Source: a virus
Taxonomy: Duplodnaviria > Caudoviricetes
Strand: one strand, 5' to 3'
Virus record (IMG/VR): IMGVR_UViG_3300044695_004869
Length of the DNA: 64,000 bases
Shown: piece after piece, positions 51,676-62,044 of the stretch
How positions within the stretch are numbered: the stretch's first letter is position 1
How the letters are laid out: each line of letters begins with the position of its first letter
Program-made: the position numbers and the translations under genes
Notes under the pieces: model-generated
What the model was told of the DNA's origin: nothing
The model's input: only the letters and a program-made list of their open reading frames with translations
Database searches by the model: none

Positions 51676-53040
51676 TTAGAGTCCTAATTGTGAAAGGATA
51701 TCATCGTCTTCTTCTTCATCCTCTTCTTCACCATTATTGTATCTATCGTATTCTTTTTTTGCTTTTTGTAAGATTTCTTGAAATTTACGTCTTGCTTTGT
51801 CATTGTCAGAATTATCGTCAGAAACAACATTTGCCATAATATCTCTTAAGAATTCTTCGGCTGGAATACTATAAAGGATTTTTGAAAAATAAGGTTTATA
51901 TTTTCTACCTTCTTCGTCAACTGTAATTTCATCAGGTAAAAGAGTTCTTAATTTTCTTACCAACTCACCCCCAACTCTAAATTGCATAGGTTCATTTGAA
52001 AATACGTCGGTTTGACCCATAACATCTTGAGCCATTGACGGATCCATATCCCTCCACTGCTCTCTTGATGGGATCATTTCAAATGTTTTACCTAATTCAT
52101 GTAATAAAATTGGAAATATTAAACCGTTTCCGTAGAAAGTTTCAACACCATCATCTTCTTGATTTTCTTCTCCTCCACCTTCTTCTTCGTCGTCATCTTC
52201 TTCAGCTTGACCAGATGATCCAGCTGCATTTCCACCCAACATTTCAATAAGTTGTTCGTCGGTAAAATACATTAAATCATTTGCCGACATTATTTTATTA
52301 TAAATTGAATATAATCTTGGGTCAATTTCATCTAACCTATCTTTATATGCTTGATATGCAAACTGAATTCGTTTACCCGTACCTTGAATTATTGCATTAA
52401 TAACATTACGTTTTTCAATCTCAAGTTGTCTAATTTCATCCGGAGTTAATTCATCAACATCAAATGAAAAATTTGGAGGTAACTCCAATTTCTTTTTTTC
52501 TTTTTTTTCCATTTGGAATTTTGACGGGTCCACTTTTTGTTCACCTAAAAATGTAAGAAGGTTAAAAAAGTCATATTCATATATTGCACCACCTTCTTCA
52601 CTTACTCTTTTAGTTATCAAACCTTGTTCTAACGCCTCTTCCATTGTAATATTGGGTGACATCCATCCAGATTCTTTAGACGCAATCTCTACCGCCAAAT
52701 TTCTTAATGATTCCCTATGTGATGGTTCAATCATCATTGCCTGTCTAACAGAATTCATTTGTTCCATTTGAATGGCTCTTTTGACTGATGGGTCAGTCAC
52801 ATTTTCTTCGGTACCGTAATATCTTTTTACGTAATCAACAATTTCTTTGAATCGTTTTCCCGTAATTCTTTCAACGTCACTTACCCCTTTTCTAAATGCC
52901 CTATTTTTTGCATATAAACCTTCAGGATCCTCAATTTTTGCTTGAGACCTTGGGTCCATTCTTTCAGGGTAATCACCATAATCAACAGGTGCTTCCTTAA
53001 CAATTTTTCTAATTAAATTTTCTAAATCTTTATTTCCCAT
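51676..53040 (-). CDS. Hypothetical acidic protein, 454 aa
   Basis: Long ORF; N-terminal DLENLIRKIVKE; internal LLHELGK (HE motif, function unclear). Confidence 0.75.
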   Translation of the reverse strand: MGNKDLENLIRKIVKEAPVDYGDYPERMDPRSQAKIEDPEGLYAKNRAFRKGVSDVERITGKRFKEIVDYVKRYYGTEENVTDPSVKRAIQMEQMNSVRQAMMIEPSHRESLRNLAVEIASKESGWMSPNITMEEALEQGLITKRVSEEGGAIYEYDFFNLLTFLGEQKVDPSKFQMEKKEKKKLELPPNFSFDVDELTPDEIRQLEIEKRNVINAIIQGTGKRIQFAYQAYKDRLDEIDPRLYSIYNKIMSANDLMYFTDEQLIEMLGGNAAGSSGQAEEDDDEEEGGGEENQEDDGVETFYGNGLIFPILLHELGKTFEMIPSREQWRDMDPSMAQDVMGQTDVFSNEPMQFRVGGELVRKLRTLLPDEITVDEEGRKYKPYFSKILYSIPAEEFLRDIMANVVSDDNSDNDKARRKFQEILQKAKKEYDRYNNGEEEDEEEDDDILSQLGL

Positions 53041-53045
53041 CGTTA

Positions 53046-54164
53046 TTATAATGCTTGGTTAATTAATCCAATGAAATCTTTTTTCATATCTTCCTTACTT
53101 TTCTTTTGACCTCTTGGATCTTCCTTAACACCTGGGTTAGGATTTTTAAAAGGATTACCTCTTCTCTTAGGCGTCGTACCTGGTTTAGTAGGCGCATCCT
53201 TCTCTTTAGTTCTTTCTTTTTCTTTAGTTTCGTTTTCTTCCATTGTTCCCATAATTGGCATCATTTGACTTGGTTTTTTCATTCTTTTACTTTCAATTCC
53301 TGATTCGTCAGCAAACATACTCATTTTTTTTGGGTTTCTCAAAATCATTGAGTTATTTTTTTCCATTTTTTCTGAAATTGTTTTTAGAATGTCAGCCTTT
53401 GTCATTTTAGGTTCAATTCGTTTTTCAATCATTTCAACAATACGATCTTCCAAAAGTTTCTCAAATTCTTCATTAGTTTTTTCTTTTTTCTTCTCAAACA
53501 ATTTAGTAAAAAGTTCTTTGGCTCTTTTATTGTGAGTACTTCCATGTTTTGACATATCAGCATATCCCTTAATCTGATCTATTATTTTTTTGTCAGACCA
53601 ATCTTCAATACCTGATTCAATATCTTTTATTTTTGAATATTTAACAATAAAATTTTTAAACTCGCTCTTTAATTTAGAATCATTAATTTGATTGGGTATT
53701 TTTTTTCTAAATAAATCATAAAAACCTTCAGAAACCTGATCTGGCATATTTTCATAATCTTTTTTAGTGGTTTTATCAGAAAACTCTCTCGCTAATTCAC
53801 ACCATTTCTTTTTCTTTACACCTTTACTTGTGTTACACTTTGCCCAAAAGAATCCTTGTTGTGCTTTTGATTCAAATTTCTCACTCATTTCACCGGTTTC
53901 TTTTAATGGGGTTACAACAGTTTTACCTCCAGTTGTATCTACTTCAACACCATTAACCATAGTTTTAGAATTAGGGTTAACTTGGTATGATGGTGGTGCC
54001 GGTTTTGATACTACTGTTGTGTTTTGAGGTATTGATTGTTCTTCAATAACATTCTTACTAAATCTATCAATTAATGACTTCATTTGTGAGTCATTTAATT
54101 TAGCAACAAAAGCGGATGATAGTCCGCTTTCTAATAACATTTGTATGTCTTTTTTAGTTCTCAT
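53046..54164 (-). CDS. Hypothetical protein, 372 aa
   Basis: Long ORF, overlapping start. Confidence 0.75.
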   Translation of the reverse strand: MRTKKDIQMLLESGLSSAFVAKLNDSQMKSLIDRFSKNVIEEQSIPQNTTVVSKPAPPSYQVNPNSKTMVNGVEVDTTGGKTVVTPLKETGEMSEKFESKAQQGFFWAKCNTSKGVKKKKWCELAREFSDKTTKKDYENMPDQVSEGFYDLFRKKIPNQINDSKLKSEFKNFIVKYSKIKDIESGIEDWSDKKIIDQIKGYADMSKHGSTHNKRAKELFTKLFEKKKEKTNEEFEKLLEDRIVEMIEKRIEPKMTKADILKTISEKMEKNNSMILRNPKKMSMFADESGIESKRMKKPSQMMPIMGTMEENETKEKERTKEKDAPTKPGTTPKRRGNPFKNPNPGVKEDPRGQKKSKEDMKKDFIGLINQAL

Positions 54165-54561
54165 ATACTACTTTTTTTTCAAACTCAAGAACAATGTCTC
54201 GTTCGTATAATTTATCTTTTACTTCCTGTTCTGATTCACCGAACTTAAAAACAAGTCGTTTTATAACGGAAAAATCAAGTTCATCATTTTCTTTTTCCCA
54301 ACCTAACGATAACACACCATCCATTGAATCTAACATTGAGAACACATCCGAATCTTGAACTAAGTCCAACCCTATTTCTCCATTTGTCAATATACCTACT
54401 TTTTTAATATATTCAACATCTGGTGGGGTTGGGTATCCGTTTGCCGGTTTTGATTCCCAATTGTCTCCCCAAACTTCTAATGTGTCTGAGAAAATAAATT
54501 CATAAATGTTGTCTCCCTTATAATTGGGTCCCATTCCATTTATGTAAATTAATTTATTCAC
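54154..54561 (-). CDS. Hypothetical protein, 135 aa
   Basis: Packed ORF. Confidence 0.75.
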   Translation of the reverse strand: MNKLIYINGMGPNYKGDNIYEFIFSDTLEVWGDNWESKPANGYPTPPDVEYIKKVGILTNGEIGLDLVQDSDVFSMLDSMDGVLSLGWEKENDELDFSVIKRLVFKFGESEQEVKDKLYERDIVLEFEKKVVYEN

Positions 54562-55928
54562 AGAATAGATCCGTTTGGTGTAATTTTAGTTTCGGTAATA
54601 CCGTCTTTAAAAATTAAATTCTTTTTGTTTGTGATACCAACTAAAGAAGAGTTTGGATTTTTCTCCATGAAGCTTAAAGCTGATCTTTCTTGTCTGATAG
54701 TTTCTGATAATCTTTTAACTTCTGATTTATCAAATTCTTTCATTTCACGTGACATCATTTTATTTTTTTCTTTTCTTAATTCATCTTCTTCATTGATATT
54801 AAAATATTTTGAAATAATTTTATCAATTTTAGATTCACCAAATGTGCCGTGAGTTAAATGTGGGTAAGATCTTTGTTTTAATTTCGATCCATGTCTTGGA
54901 TAGTCATTTTCAAAATCAGATTCCATTGGATCGTATCCCATATTTAATTCTTTTTTCATACCTGAAGCGTATGCCGATGGAATTTTTTCATTAAGCGCGT
55001 CTTCTAAACTCATAACTTCTTTCACCTCACCTCCTTCTGCCGGTGGGGGAGGTAACTCTTCACCACCCATTTCAGGTTCATCACCCATAGACAGTTCATC
55101 ATCATCCATATTAGGTTCTTCACCCATTCCTTGTTCGTCCTCTTCAACACCTTCTAAACGATCAATAATCTCATCAATATCATCATCATTTAATGTTGTT
55201 AAATCCAATGCCGATAAAATTGAATTAATAACGTATTTAACGTCATCTCCAATCATTTCTTCATCTTCATTGTTAAAGTTTCTAATTTTTTGTGCTAATT
55301 TACCTGTTAACTTTTGAATAACCTTCATTGTTACAGGTTCGTTGTCATCGTCTTCTTCTTCATCTCCACCCATTTCATCAAAATTAGGTTCATCCTCAGG
55401 TGCCGGTAATGCCTCAGGTTCCGGTAGATCTTCAGGTGCGGGAGCCGGTGAAGGTACTGCAGCGGGTGGTGCCGCAGCTGGTGCTGGTGCCGGAGCGGGT
55501 GCCGACTGTTCGTCAAGTTCAATGTCATTAGTCATCATCTCATTAGTTGGTTTTCTTTTGAGAATATATTTTTTATTTTCATTAAATAATGAGGTCCCTT
55601 CCTCATTCTCAAATAAAGTATTAAATTCTTTAGCCATCAAATTCATTCTTTTGAATGCTTGAGAATAAGAAGAAAAATATTGTCTATTTTTCATAGGTGC
55701 AATATAATCGTTTTCAGATTCATTAATAGTTTTCTTTATAATATAACCCGCCTTTTCTTTAACGATTTGGTATCTATTACCATCGGCTAAATCAATAGAA
55801 TATTCTGTGGATTTAGATTCGTTAACAGGATTTGGTGTGTTTTCGTTGTAACGAGAAATTTCAATAATTCGTCTAATTTTATCCATTCCCTGTAGTTTTT
55901 CACTACCAATTGGTCTTAAGTTTCCCAT
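54558..55928 (-). CDS. Hypothetical acidic protein with Pro/Ala linker, 456 aa
   Basis: Long ORF; TATTTATA at 55960-55967. Confidence 0.75.
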   Translation of the reverse strand: MGNLRPIGSEKLQGMDKIRRIIEISRYNENTPNPVNESKSTEYSIDLADGNRYQIVKEKAGYIIKKTINESENDYIAPMKNRQYFSSYSQAFKRMNLMAKEFNTLFENEEGTSLFNENKKYILKRKPTNEMMTNDIELDEQSAPAPAPAPAAAPPAAVPSPAPAPEDLPEPEALPAPEDEPNFDEMGGDEEEDDDNEPVTMKVIQKLTGKLAQKIRNFNNEDEEMIGDDVKYVINSILSALDLTTLNDDDIDEIIDRLEGVEEDEQGMGEEPNMDDDELSMGDEPEMGGEELPPPPAEGGEVKEVMSLEDALNEKIPSAYASGMKKELNMGYDPMESDFENDYPRHGSKLKQRSYPHLTHGTFGESKIDKIISKYFNINEEDELRKEKNKMMSREMKEFDKSEVKRLSETIRQERSALSFMEKNPNSSLVGITNKKNLIFKDGITETKITPNGSIL

Positions 55929-56002
55929 TTTTTTGTTTTTTTAAAAATATTATTTTAATTATAAATATATTAATACTTATGTTTATTTTTTGTTTTATTA
56001 AA

Positions 56003-56737
56003 TTATTGCTTCATTGTAAGGTTTTTATCCAGTATTTCTGTAGATAAGTTGTGTAATTTTTCAATATAACCATTACGTCTTAAAATCTTAAACACTAAAT
56101 TTTCAGTTGAGTACTCCCCGTCTTTTTCTAAACCACAGGTTCTATACTTTTTAAGTTTTTTCTTATATTTATCAACCAATTCTTTTGCGGTGTCCAAATC
56201 CTCATCTTCAATATTTTCAATAACACCGTCAATTATATTCATCCATTGTCTGGACTTTTCTTTTAATAGATCCTTATCAACAACAAATTCTTCTTTTTCG
56301 GGTTCATTAGACCATTCATCAAAAAGTACTGAATATACACCACTACTGAAATGAGTTTCAACTTCATTTTGAACATATAACTCAACCTCATACCCAAAGA
56401 TAGTTATGTCGTGATTTTTGTTAAAAATTATTTTTTTTAAATTAAATAACTTCTCATATAATTCTATTTGATTTTCAGGATACTGTGAGAAATTAGCAAC
56501 AATGTGTAAATCAAAATCAGAATATTTTGACCAATTGTAATTTGATAATGATCCTGTTAATATTATATCAGTAACAACAATATCAATATCTAAAAAATCT
56601 ATAAATTCATATGCAATCTCTAATAACCTTTCTCTAACTTCAGGTTTCATAGTTGCATCACTACCACTTAAATCCCACACTTTAGAATTTAATTCTTTCT
56701 TTGGTTCAAAACTTTTTAAAATTTCATTGTTATCCAT
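56003..56737 (-). CDS. Pol-beta superfamily nucleotidyltransferase
   Basis: IILTGSLSNYNWSKYSDFDLHIV (GS...DxD) and VELYVQ; TATTTATA at 56742-56749. Confidence 0.75.
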   Translation of the reverse strand: MDNNEILKSFEPKKELNSKVWDLSGSDATMKPEVRERLLEIAYEFIDFLDIDIVVTDIILTGSLSNYNWSKYSDFDLHIVANFSQYPENQIELYEKLFNLKKIIFNKNHDITIFGYEVELYVQNEVETHFSSGVYSVLFDEWSNEPEKEEFVVDKDLLKEKSRQWMNIIDGVIENIEDEDLDTAKELVDKYKKKLKKYRTCGLEKDGEYSTENLVFKILRRNGYIEKLHNLSTEILDKNLTMKQ

Positions 56738-56763
56738 TACCTATAAATATAATGGTTTTCAAA

Positions 56764-57009
56764 TTACGACAATTTTGCGAATTTAAACGTCTTTGATATT
56801 TCTTTACTGAAAAAACTACCCTGAGATTTGGCGGATCTAAATTGAGTATATGTAAGGTGAGGCACATCATCATATTCATACTTCAAACCATGTTTAAACT
56901 CAACAATCATCTTTTTAGTTGCGGTATCGTATTCTGTTCTTACGATATTACTTGACTCAATCTCATTTAAGATTTTTGTCCCTCTGATTTCTTCTTTAAT
57001 AATTCCCAT
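56764..57009 (-). CDS. KTSC-domain protein
   Basis: ESSNIVRTEYD....MIVEFKHG.KYEYDDVP...Y..F..AKSQGSFF..EI. Start moved to ATG 57009. Confidence 0.87.
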   Translation of the reverse strand: MGIIKEEIRGTKILNEIESSNIVRTEYDTATKKMIVEFKHGLKYEYDDVPHLTYTQFRSAKSQGSFFSKEISKTFKFAKLS

Positions 57010-57103
57010 AATCTTTTCTTTTAAATATATTTTCAAAAAAATAAAAATACAGGTTATATACTTTATTAAAAAAAAATACTACCTTTACAAAAAAATATAA
57101 CTT

Positions 57104-59167
57104 ATGATTGAATTTCAAGACGAAAACGAAAAAGGAAAAAAGAAACCAGAAAGTAGTGGGGGAACTCCTGTTTTGGATAACTTTAGTAAGGATTTAATTA
57201 AAATGGCAGAAGAAGGGAAATTAGATCCCGTAATCGGTCGTGAGAAAGAAATCCTACGAATTGCTCAAGTTTTATCAAGACGTAAAAAGAACAACCCTAT
57301 TATTATTGGTGAACCAGGAGCTGGTAAAACAGCTATTGTTGAGGGATTAGCAATGATGATCTATAACGGGGATTGTCCTAAAAATTTGGTTGATAAACGA
57401 ATTGTATCTTTGGATATTAATTCAATTGTTGCAGGTACCAAATATCGTGGTCAATTTGAAGAACGTATGAAAGTTATTATTGAAGAGTTACAAGCAAACC
57501 CAAATATTGTTATCTTTATTGATGAGATTCACACAATGGTTGGGGCCGGTAATAGTTCAGGATCTTTAGATGCTTCTAATATCTTCAAACCGGCGTTATC
57601 TCGTGGAGAAATTCAATGTGTCGGAGCAACAACTTTGGATGAATACCGAAGACATTTTGAAAAAGACGGAGCATTAGAGAGACGTTTCCAAAAAGTGATT
57701 GTAGATCCTTCTACCAAAGAGGAAACATTTGAAATCCTTAAACAAAGTAAATCTAAGTATGAGGAACATCACAAAGTTAATTATACTGACGAGGCTCTTT
57801 TGGTTTGTGTTGAACTAGCTGATCGTTATATTACGGATCGTGAATTCCCTGACAAAGCATTTGATATTTTGGATGAGGTTGGCGCAAGAATGCAAATTGA
57901 CATCAAGTTACCTGAAGTAATTGAGAAACTTAAAGTTGAAGCTCAAGACATTAAGAAAGAAAAACTTGAGGTAATTAAAAAACAAAATTACGAGCAAGCG
58001 GCTGAGTTACGCGATAAAGAACGTACCGTATTGGCTAACCTTGAGATGGAGAAGAAAAAATTTGAAGAGTATCTTAGAGTTAGTAAACGTAGTATTCCTG
58101 AAGAATTGATTTATGAAGTTGTTTCAAACATGACCAAAATTCCGGTTTCAAAATTAAACTTGGATGAGAAGAATACGTTGGTTAATTTGGAATCATCATT
58201 ATCATCTACAGTAATTGGTCAGGAAGAAGCGGTTATGAAAATCTCCAAATCTATCCGTAGAAATCGTGTAGGTATTAAGGACCCAAATCGTCCAATCGGA
58301 TCGTTCATTTTCTTAGGATCAACAGGTGTTGGTAAAACATTCTTGGCTAAACAATTGGCGAAAGAAATCTTTGGTAACGAAGAAAACTTAATCCGTGTTG
58401 ATATGTCTGAATACCAAGAGAAACACACGATCTCAAGATTAATTGGTTCTCCTCCAGGATATGTGGGTCACGAAGAAGGTGGACAACTTACCGAACAAGT
58501 GAAAAACAAACCTTACTCTGTTATCTTGTTTGATGAGATTGAGAAAGCAAACAAAGACATTTTCTCAACACTATTACAGATGTTGGATGATGGTCACTTA
58601 ACTGATGGTTTAGGTAGAAAAATTAACTTCAAAAATTGTCTAATCATTATGACATCTAACATTGGAGTTAAAAAACTACAGGACTTCGGTGCTGGTGTTG
58701 GTTTCAAAAGCAATAGTGATATTGTTAAAGAAGAACACAAACGAGATATCCTCAAAAAAGAATTAGGTAAGTTTTTCGCACCTGAATTCCTTAATCGTAT
58801 TGATGATGTTATTATCTTCAATTCTTTGAAAAAAGAGAACATTGATAAAATTGTTAAGTTGGAGATTGATCGTTTAATGAAACGATTGACCAAAATGAAA
58901 TACAACTTTACTTACGAACCAACGGTTATTGACTTGATCTCTAAAGTTGGGTTTGATGAAACGTTTGGAGCTCGCCCACTAAAAAGAGCACTACAAGATA
59001 AAGTTGAGGATCTAATCTCAGAAAAAATACTTCTTAATGAGGTTGTTGAGGGAACTGAATATATGTTATTAGTAAAAGACGGTGAGGAGATAGTAATTGA
59101 AACCCGTACGGTTCAAGAACCAAAGAAACGTGGTAGAAAGAAGAAAGAGGATCAACCCTCAATCTAA
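57104..59167 (+). CDS. clpC: ClpC-like Hsp100 AAA+ ATPase lacking the N-terminal Clp-repeat domain
   Basis: [25 protein letters not shown]-like [30 protein letters not shown] loop, [15 protein letters not shown]. Confidence 0.88.
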   Translation: MIEFQDENEKGKKKPESSGGTPVLDNFSKDLIKMAEEGKLDPVIGREKEILRIAQVLSRRKKNNPIIIGEPGAGKTAIVEGLAMMIYNGDCPKNLVDKRIVSLDINSIVAGTKYRGQFEERMKVIIEELQANPNIVIFIDEIHTMVGAGNSSGSLDASNIFKPALSRGEIQCVGATTLDEYRRHFEKDGALERRFQKVIVDPSTKEETFEILKQSKSKYEEHHKVNYTDEALLVCVELADRYITDREFPDKAFDILDEVGARMQIDIKLPEVIEKLKVEAQDIKKEKLEVIKKQNYEQAAELRDKERTVLANLEMEKKKFEEYLRVSKRSIPEELIYEVVSNMTKIPVSKLNLDEKNTLVNLESSLSSTVIGQEEAVMKISKSIRRNRVGIKDPNRPIGSFIFLGSTGVGKTFLAKQLAKEIFGNEENLIRVDMSEYQEKHTISRLIGSPPGYVGHEEGGQLTEQVKNKPYSVILFDEIEKANKDIFSTLLQMLDDGHLTDGLGRKINFKNCLIIMTSNIGVKKLQDFGAGVGFKSNSDIVKEEHKRDILKKELGKFFAPEFLNRIDDVIIFNSLKKENIDKIVKLEIDRLMKRLTKMKYNFTYEPTVIDLISKVGFDETFGARPLKRALQDKVEDLISEKILLNEVVEGTEYMLLVKDGEEIVIETRTVQEPKKRGRKKKEDQPSI

Positions 59168-59170
59168 AAT

Positions 59171-59198
59171 AAAAAGGAAGAGAAATCTTCCTTTTTTT
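59171..59198 (+). terminator. Intrinsic terminator of clpC (potentially bidirectional)
   Basis: AAAAAGGAAGA-GAAA-TCTTCCTTTTTTT. Confidence 0.85.
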
Positions 59199-59207
59199 AT
59201 GCCCAAT

Positions 59208-59233
59208 AAAAAAGGGGGATTAAAAATCCCCCC
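59208..59233 (-). terminator. Intrinsic terminator of the peptidase gene
   Basis: A6 run then AGGGGGATT-aaa-AATCCCCCT on the + strand. Confidence 0.78.
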
Positions 59234-59257
59234 TAAAAACAAATAGAAAATTAAACA

Positions 59258-60043
59258 TTAATGTTTAGTATAACCAAGACCCTCTATCATTAGTTTACCA
59301 ACCTTAATTCCATTATATGTATCCTCAACCACAACGTATTCATTTGCGGTGTGATAACGATAATACCCTATTGATATATTAAAACATGGGATATTAAATA
59401 ACTGATTAACCATATAAATGTCTGTATATGGATGTTTGTGATACTTTGTGTCTGATGGAAAATGTTCGGTAATTAAACGACCCCCAACATTAAAGAATTC
59501 ACTATCACGATCAAACATTTGTCTATTCATAAGGAACTCTGAAATCATGTTGTTCTCAGGGGCATCAAATTGGATACCATACCCTACATTCTTAAAAAAC
59601 TCAGGATCTGCCTTTCTTGACCCATGACAACCTGTTTCTTCAGATACGAAAAATGCTGCCTTCAGGTTTGGTAATTCTTTTAACAATTCCAAACAACCGT
59701 ACACACCACATTTATCATCTCCACCAATACCTGTTGGGTCTCCTTCGTCATTATACGCTTTAAGAGATAATTTGATCTCTCCCTGAGCATTAGGTAACAT
59801 TTCCTCAACAACGTTAATTGTGTCGATCGTATGTACCGTATCGGTGTGAGCAATTACACACGGGAAGTATTCAATATCTTCATCGGTTTGTTTAGTTGCG
59901 TAGATGTTATACATCTCATCAACATAAAACGGAATATTGTTTTCGGTTAACCAATCAGCAATAAATTGGATCATCAAATCCTCTTTATATGTCTTTGTTG
60001 GTACGGACAATACTTCTTTTAGTAATTCATAGTTTCTTTCCAT
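59258..60043 (-). CDS. Zn-dependent exopeptidase (M20/M28/M42 clan)
   Basis: IAHTDTV, GIGGDDKCG, FFVSEETG, QFD, NISIGYY..HT; promoter TTG-N20-TACATTTG at 60048-60078. Confidence 0.8.
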   Translation of the reverse strand: MERNYELLKEVLSVPTKTYKEDLMIQFIADWLTENNIPFYVDEMYNIYATKQTDEDIEYFPCVIAHTDTVHTIDTINVVEEMLPNAQGEIKLSLKAYNDEGDPTGIGGDDKCGVYGCLELLKELPNLKAAFFVSEETGCHGSRKADPEFFKNVGYGIQFDAPENNMISEFLMNRQMFDRDSEFFNVGGRLITEHFPSDTKYHKHPYTDIYMVNQLFNIPCFNISIGYYRYHTANEYVVVEDTYNGIKVGKLMIEGLGYTKH

Positions 60044-60061
60044 AGCACAAATGTACGGAAA

Positions 60062-61459
60062 TTATTTTAATATACCAACTATTCTTTTGATTTGTTCAAA
60101 TAATTCGTATTGGGTTTCAATTCTTTTTAGATCTTCAAAATCTACAGACCTTTTTTGTTCCCGTTCATCACTCATGTTATTTCTAAAAGTAACAATGATC
60201 TTATTTGTTCCAGGATCAATTTTATTTATTTTGAAAAATGTGTTCTCATCTGTTTTAACTGGTATCCATTTATCAAAACCATATTCTTGATCAATCTTTT
60301 GTTGTAATTCTATGAATTCATAAAAATTAACAAATCTTTCATCTTCTTCGTATTTCTCAATAATTTTATCTAATTTATCGGAAACATAAGTTTGATAAGC
60401 CTCATATCCCTCATTATTCCAATCAGGACAATCACCATTATATCTTAGTTCACCCCAATTACCTCTATAGTTATTTCCATCAAATTTATCAATTAATCCT
60501 TTTAATAGACCACCAAGATCAACGTCTTCAGATTTTAGTTGTTTATACCACGTTAAAAGGACCCCTACGGTTGACTCATATTTATATGCTAATGATTTTT
60601 GTTTAATACCAAATTTAACAAATGGATTATCAAGTTCAGATCTTATTTCATCCCTTGCATTATTGTATATACAGTTTTCCCATTCTGACGCATATTCATC
60701 CACAACCCTATCAACGAAATCGGAGTCAATTTCAATTGCCAATTCTGATATTTTTTTTGTGTCAGTAATGTCAGTAGAAGGAAAAAATGTTCTAACGATA
60801 TTAATCAATTTTTCTTTATTCTGATCATTAAACGCATACTGGAAAAAATCACCTTCACTCCAATCTTCAGTATATCTATAATCGTCATAATCAACGTTTG
60901 AATAGTCAGACATATAATATCTCCATTCATAGATATCATCACCGTCAAGATCAAAAATATTTAAAAAATCTTCATCATCATTAAACTCAATAACAACAAT
61001 TGAATTATTTGGGTTACTACGATTAAATTTGATTTCACCTATGATCTTATCTCCACCATTTTCACTCCATCTTGGTTCATACCCATTATAAACACTTTTT
61101 AAGAATTCATATGTTTCACCAAATCTTATTATTGGGTTTAAAACTTTAACCGATTTAGGGAAGTATTTTTTTAGATCGTCAGCATTTGCAAATCCATTTC
61201 TATCGTACCCATATCTTACAACACTTGCATCCTGATTATCTCTATTATGAATAGAGAATACTTGAACATCAGGATCAGTACTAATTAAAAAATACAAATC
61301 ACCGTCTCTGAAATTATCATCCCAACTTTGACTATATAAATCCCCACCAAAATAAAATGCAGCATCTTTAGATAATACCTTTACTATCTTTAAATTTTCG
61401 TCTTCACTAACAATTTCTACGTCACCAGATTCGTATGGATTATATTTCCCGTAATTCAT
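60062..61459 (-). CDS. Hypothetical acidic, aromatic-rich protein, 465 aa
   Basis: Start moved from 61564 (inside the tmRNA) to ATG 61459, which has TATTTAT at 61465-61471; C-terminal LFEQIKRIVGILK. Confidence 0.72.
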   Translation of the reverse strand: MNYGKYNPYESGDVEIVSEDENLKIVKVLSKDAAFYFGGDLYSQSWDDNFRDGDLYFLISTDPDVQVFSIHNRDNQDASVVRYGYDRNGFANADDLKKYFPKSVKVLNPIIRFGETYEFLKSVYNGYEPRWSENGGDKIIGEIKFNRSNPNNSIVVIEFNDDEDFLNIFDLDGDDIYEWRYYMSDYSNVDYDDYRYTEDWSEGDFFQYAFNDQNKEKLINIVRTFFPSTDITDTKKISELAIEIDSDFVDRVVDEYASEWENCIYNNARDEIRSELDNPFVKFGIKQKSLAYKYESTVGVLLTWYKQLKSEDVDLGGLLKGLIDKFDGNNYRGNWGELRYNGDCPDWNNEGYEAYQTYVSDKLDKIIEKYEEDERFVNFYEFIELQQKIDQEYGFDKWIPVKTDENTFFKINKIDPGTNKIIVTFRNNMSDEREQKRSVDFEDLKRIETQYELFEQIKRIVGILK

Positions 61460-61481
61460 ATAAAATAAATATCCTAAATGC

Positions 61482-61535
61482 TTGGAATATTGTTTTTTTG
61501 TATTATCTTTGTATTTATAAATTAGTTCTTTAACA
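61482..61535 (+). promoter_or_regulatory. Bacteroidota-type promoter plus boxA leader of tmRNA
   Basis: TTG (61482)-N19-TATCTTTG (61504-61511), then GTTCTTTAACA (61525-61535), 3 nt before the tmRNA 5' end. Confidence 0.72.
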
Positions 61536-61538
61536 TAT

Positions 61539-61936
61539 GGGGGTAACTTGGAATCGACTGACATAGTTGGTTATTCGGGGCACGCAGTGAGAGGGTTCCT
61601 ATCACTTTAATCTATGGAGTCAACAATTAGACGGCAACGTTCTAGACAAAATGGCGGCAATCGGTCTTATCCGTGAAGACGCTGCGGTAGTAGCCTAACA
61701 GTTAGGAAACACCAATCGGGTCGGTGGACATACAACCTAGGAACAGAAGTCCCTACAAAGATGTGGTTTCTATCGTAAAAGGAATAAGTGGAGGATTAGT
61801 TCTCAGTAAAACGAACCACTTTAAAAATAAGGGAATTGTGAGATTTCGGAACATTAGATTAAATGTTGACCTAAGCGTGTAGTCCTTAGTAGTCAAGATG
61901 GACAACACGAGGGTTCGAATCCCTCTACCTCCACCA
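61539..61936 (+). ncRNA. ssrA: tmRNA (one-piece, 398 nt)
   Basis: 5' GGGGGTAACTTGGAATCGAC pairs with 3' TACCTCC-A-CCA including a G3-U wobble; T-arm GGGTTCGAATCCC; tag frame 61633-61698 encodes GNVLDKMAAIGLIREDAAVVA*; next to smpB. Confidence 0.95.
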
Positions 61937-61939
61937 ATT

Positions 61940-61967
61940 AAACCTCATCTAACGATGGGGTTTTTTT
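61940..61967 (+). terminator. tmRNA terminator
   Basis: AAACCTCATC-taac-GATGGGGTTT plus T tract. Confidence 0.8.
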
Positions 61968-62018
61968 ATGCGGTAAAATTATAGATTAGTGTTGTATGAT
62001 TATTATATTTTAGAGCAC

Positions 62019-62044
62019 AAAAAAAGAGGTATTAATTACCTCTT
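62019..62044 (-). terminator. smpB terminator overlapping its stop codon
   Basis: AAAGAGGTA-ttaat-TACCTCTTT with an A7 run on the + strand. Confidence 0.7.

Noticed and set aside
61460-61564. ORF-track N-terminal extension of the 500-aa protein
   Set aside because: It overlaps the tmRNA 5' end and its promoter; ATG 61459 has the TATTTAT motif.
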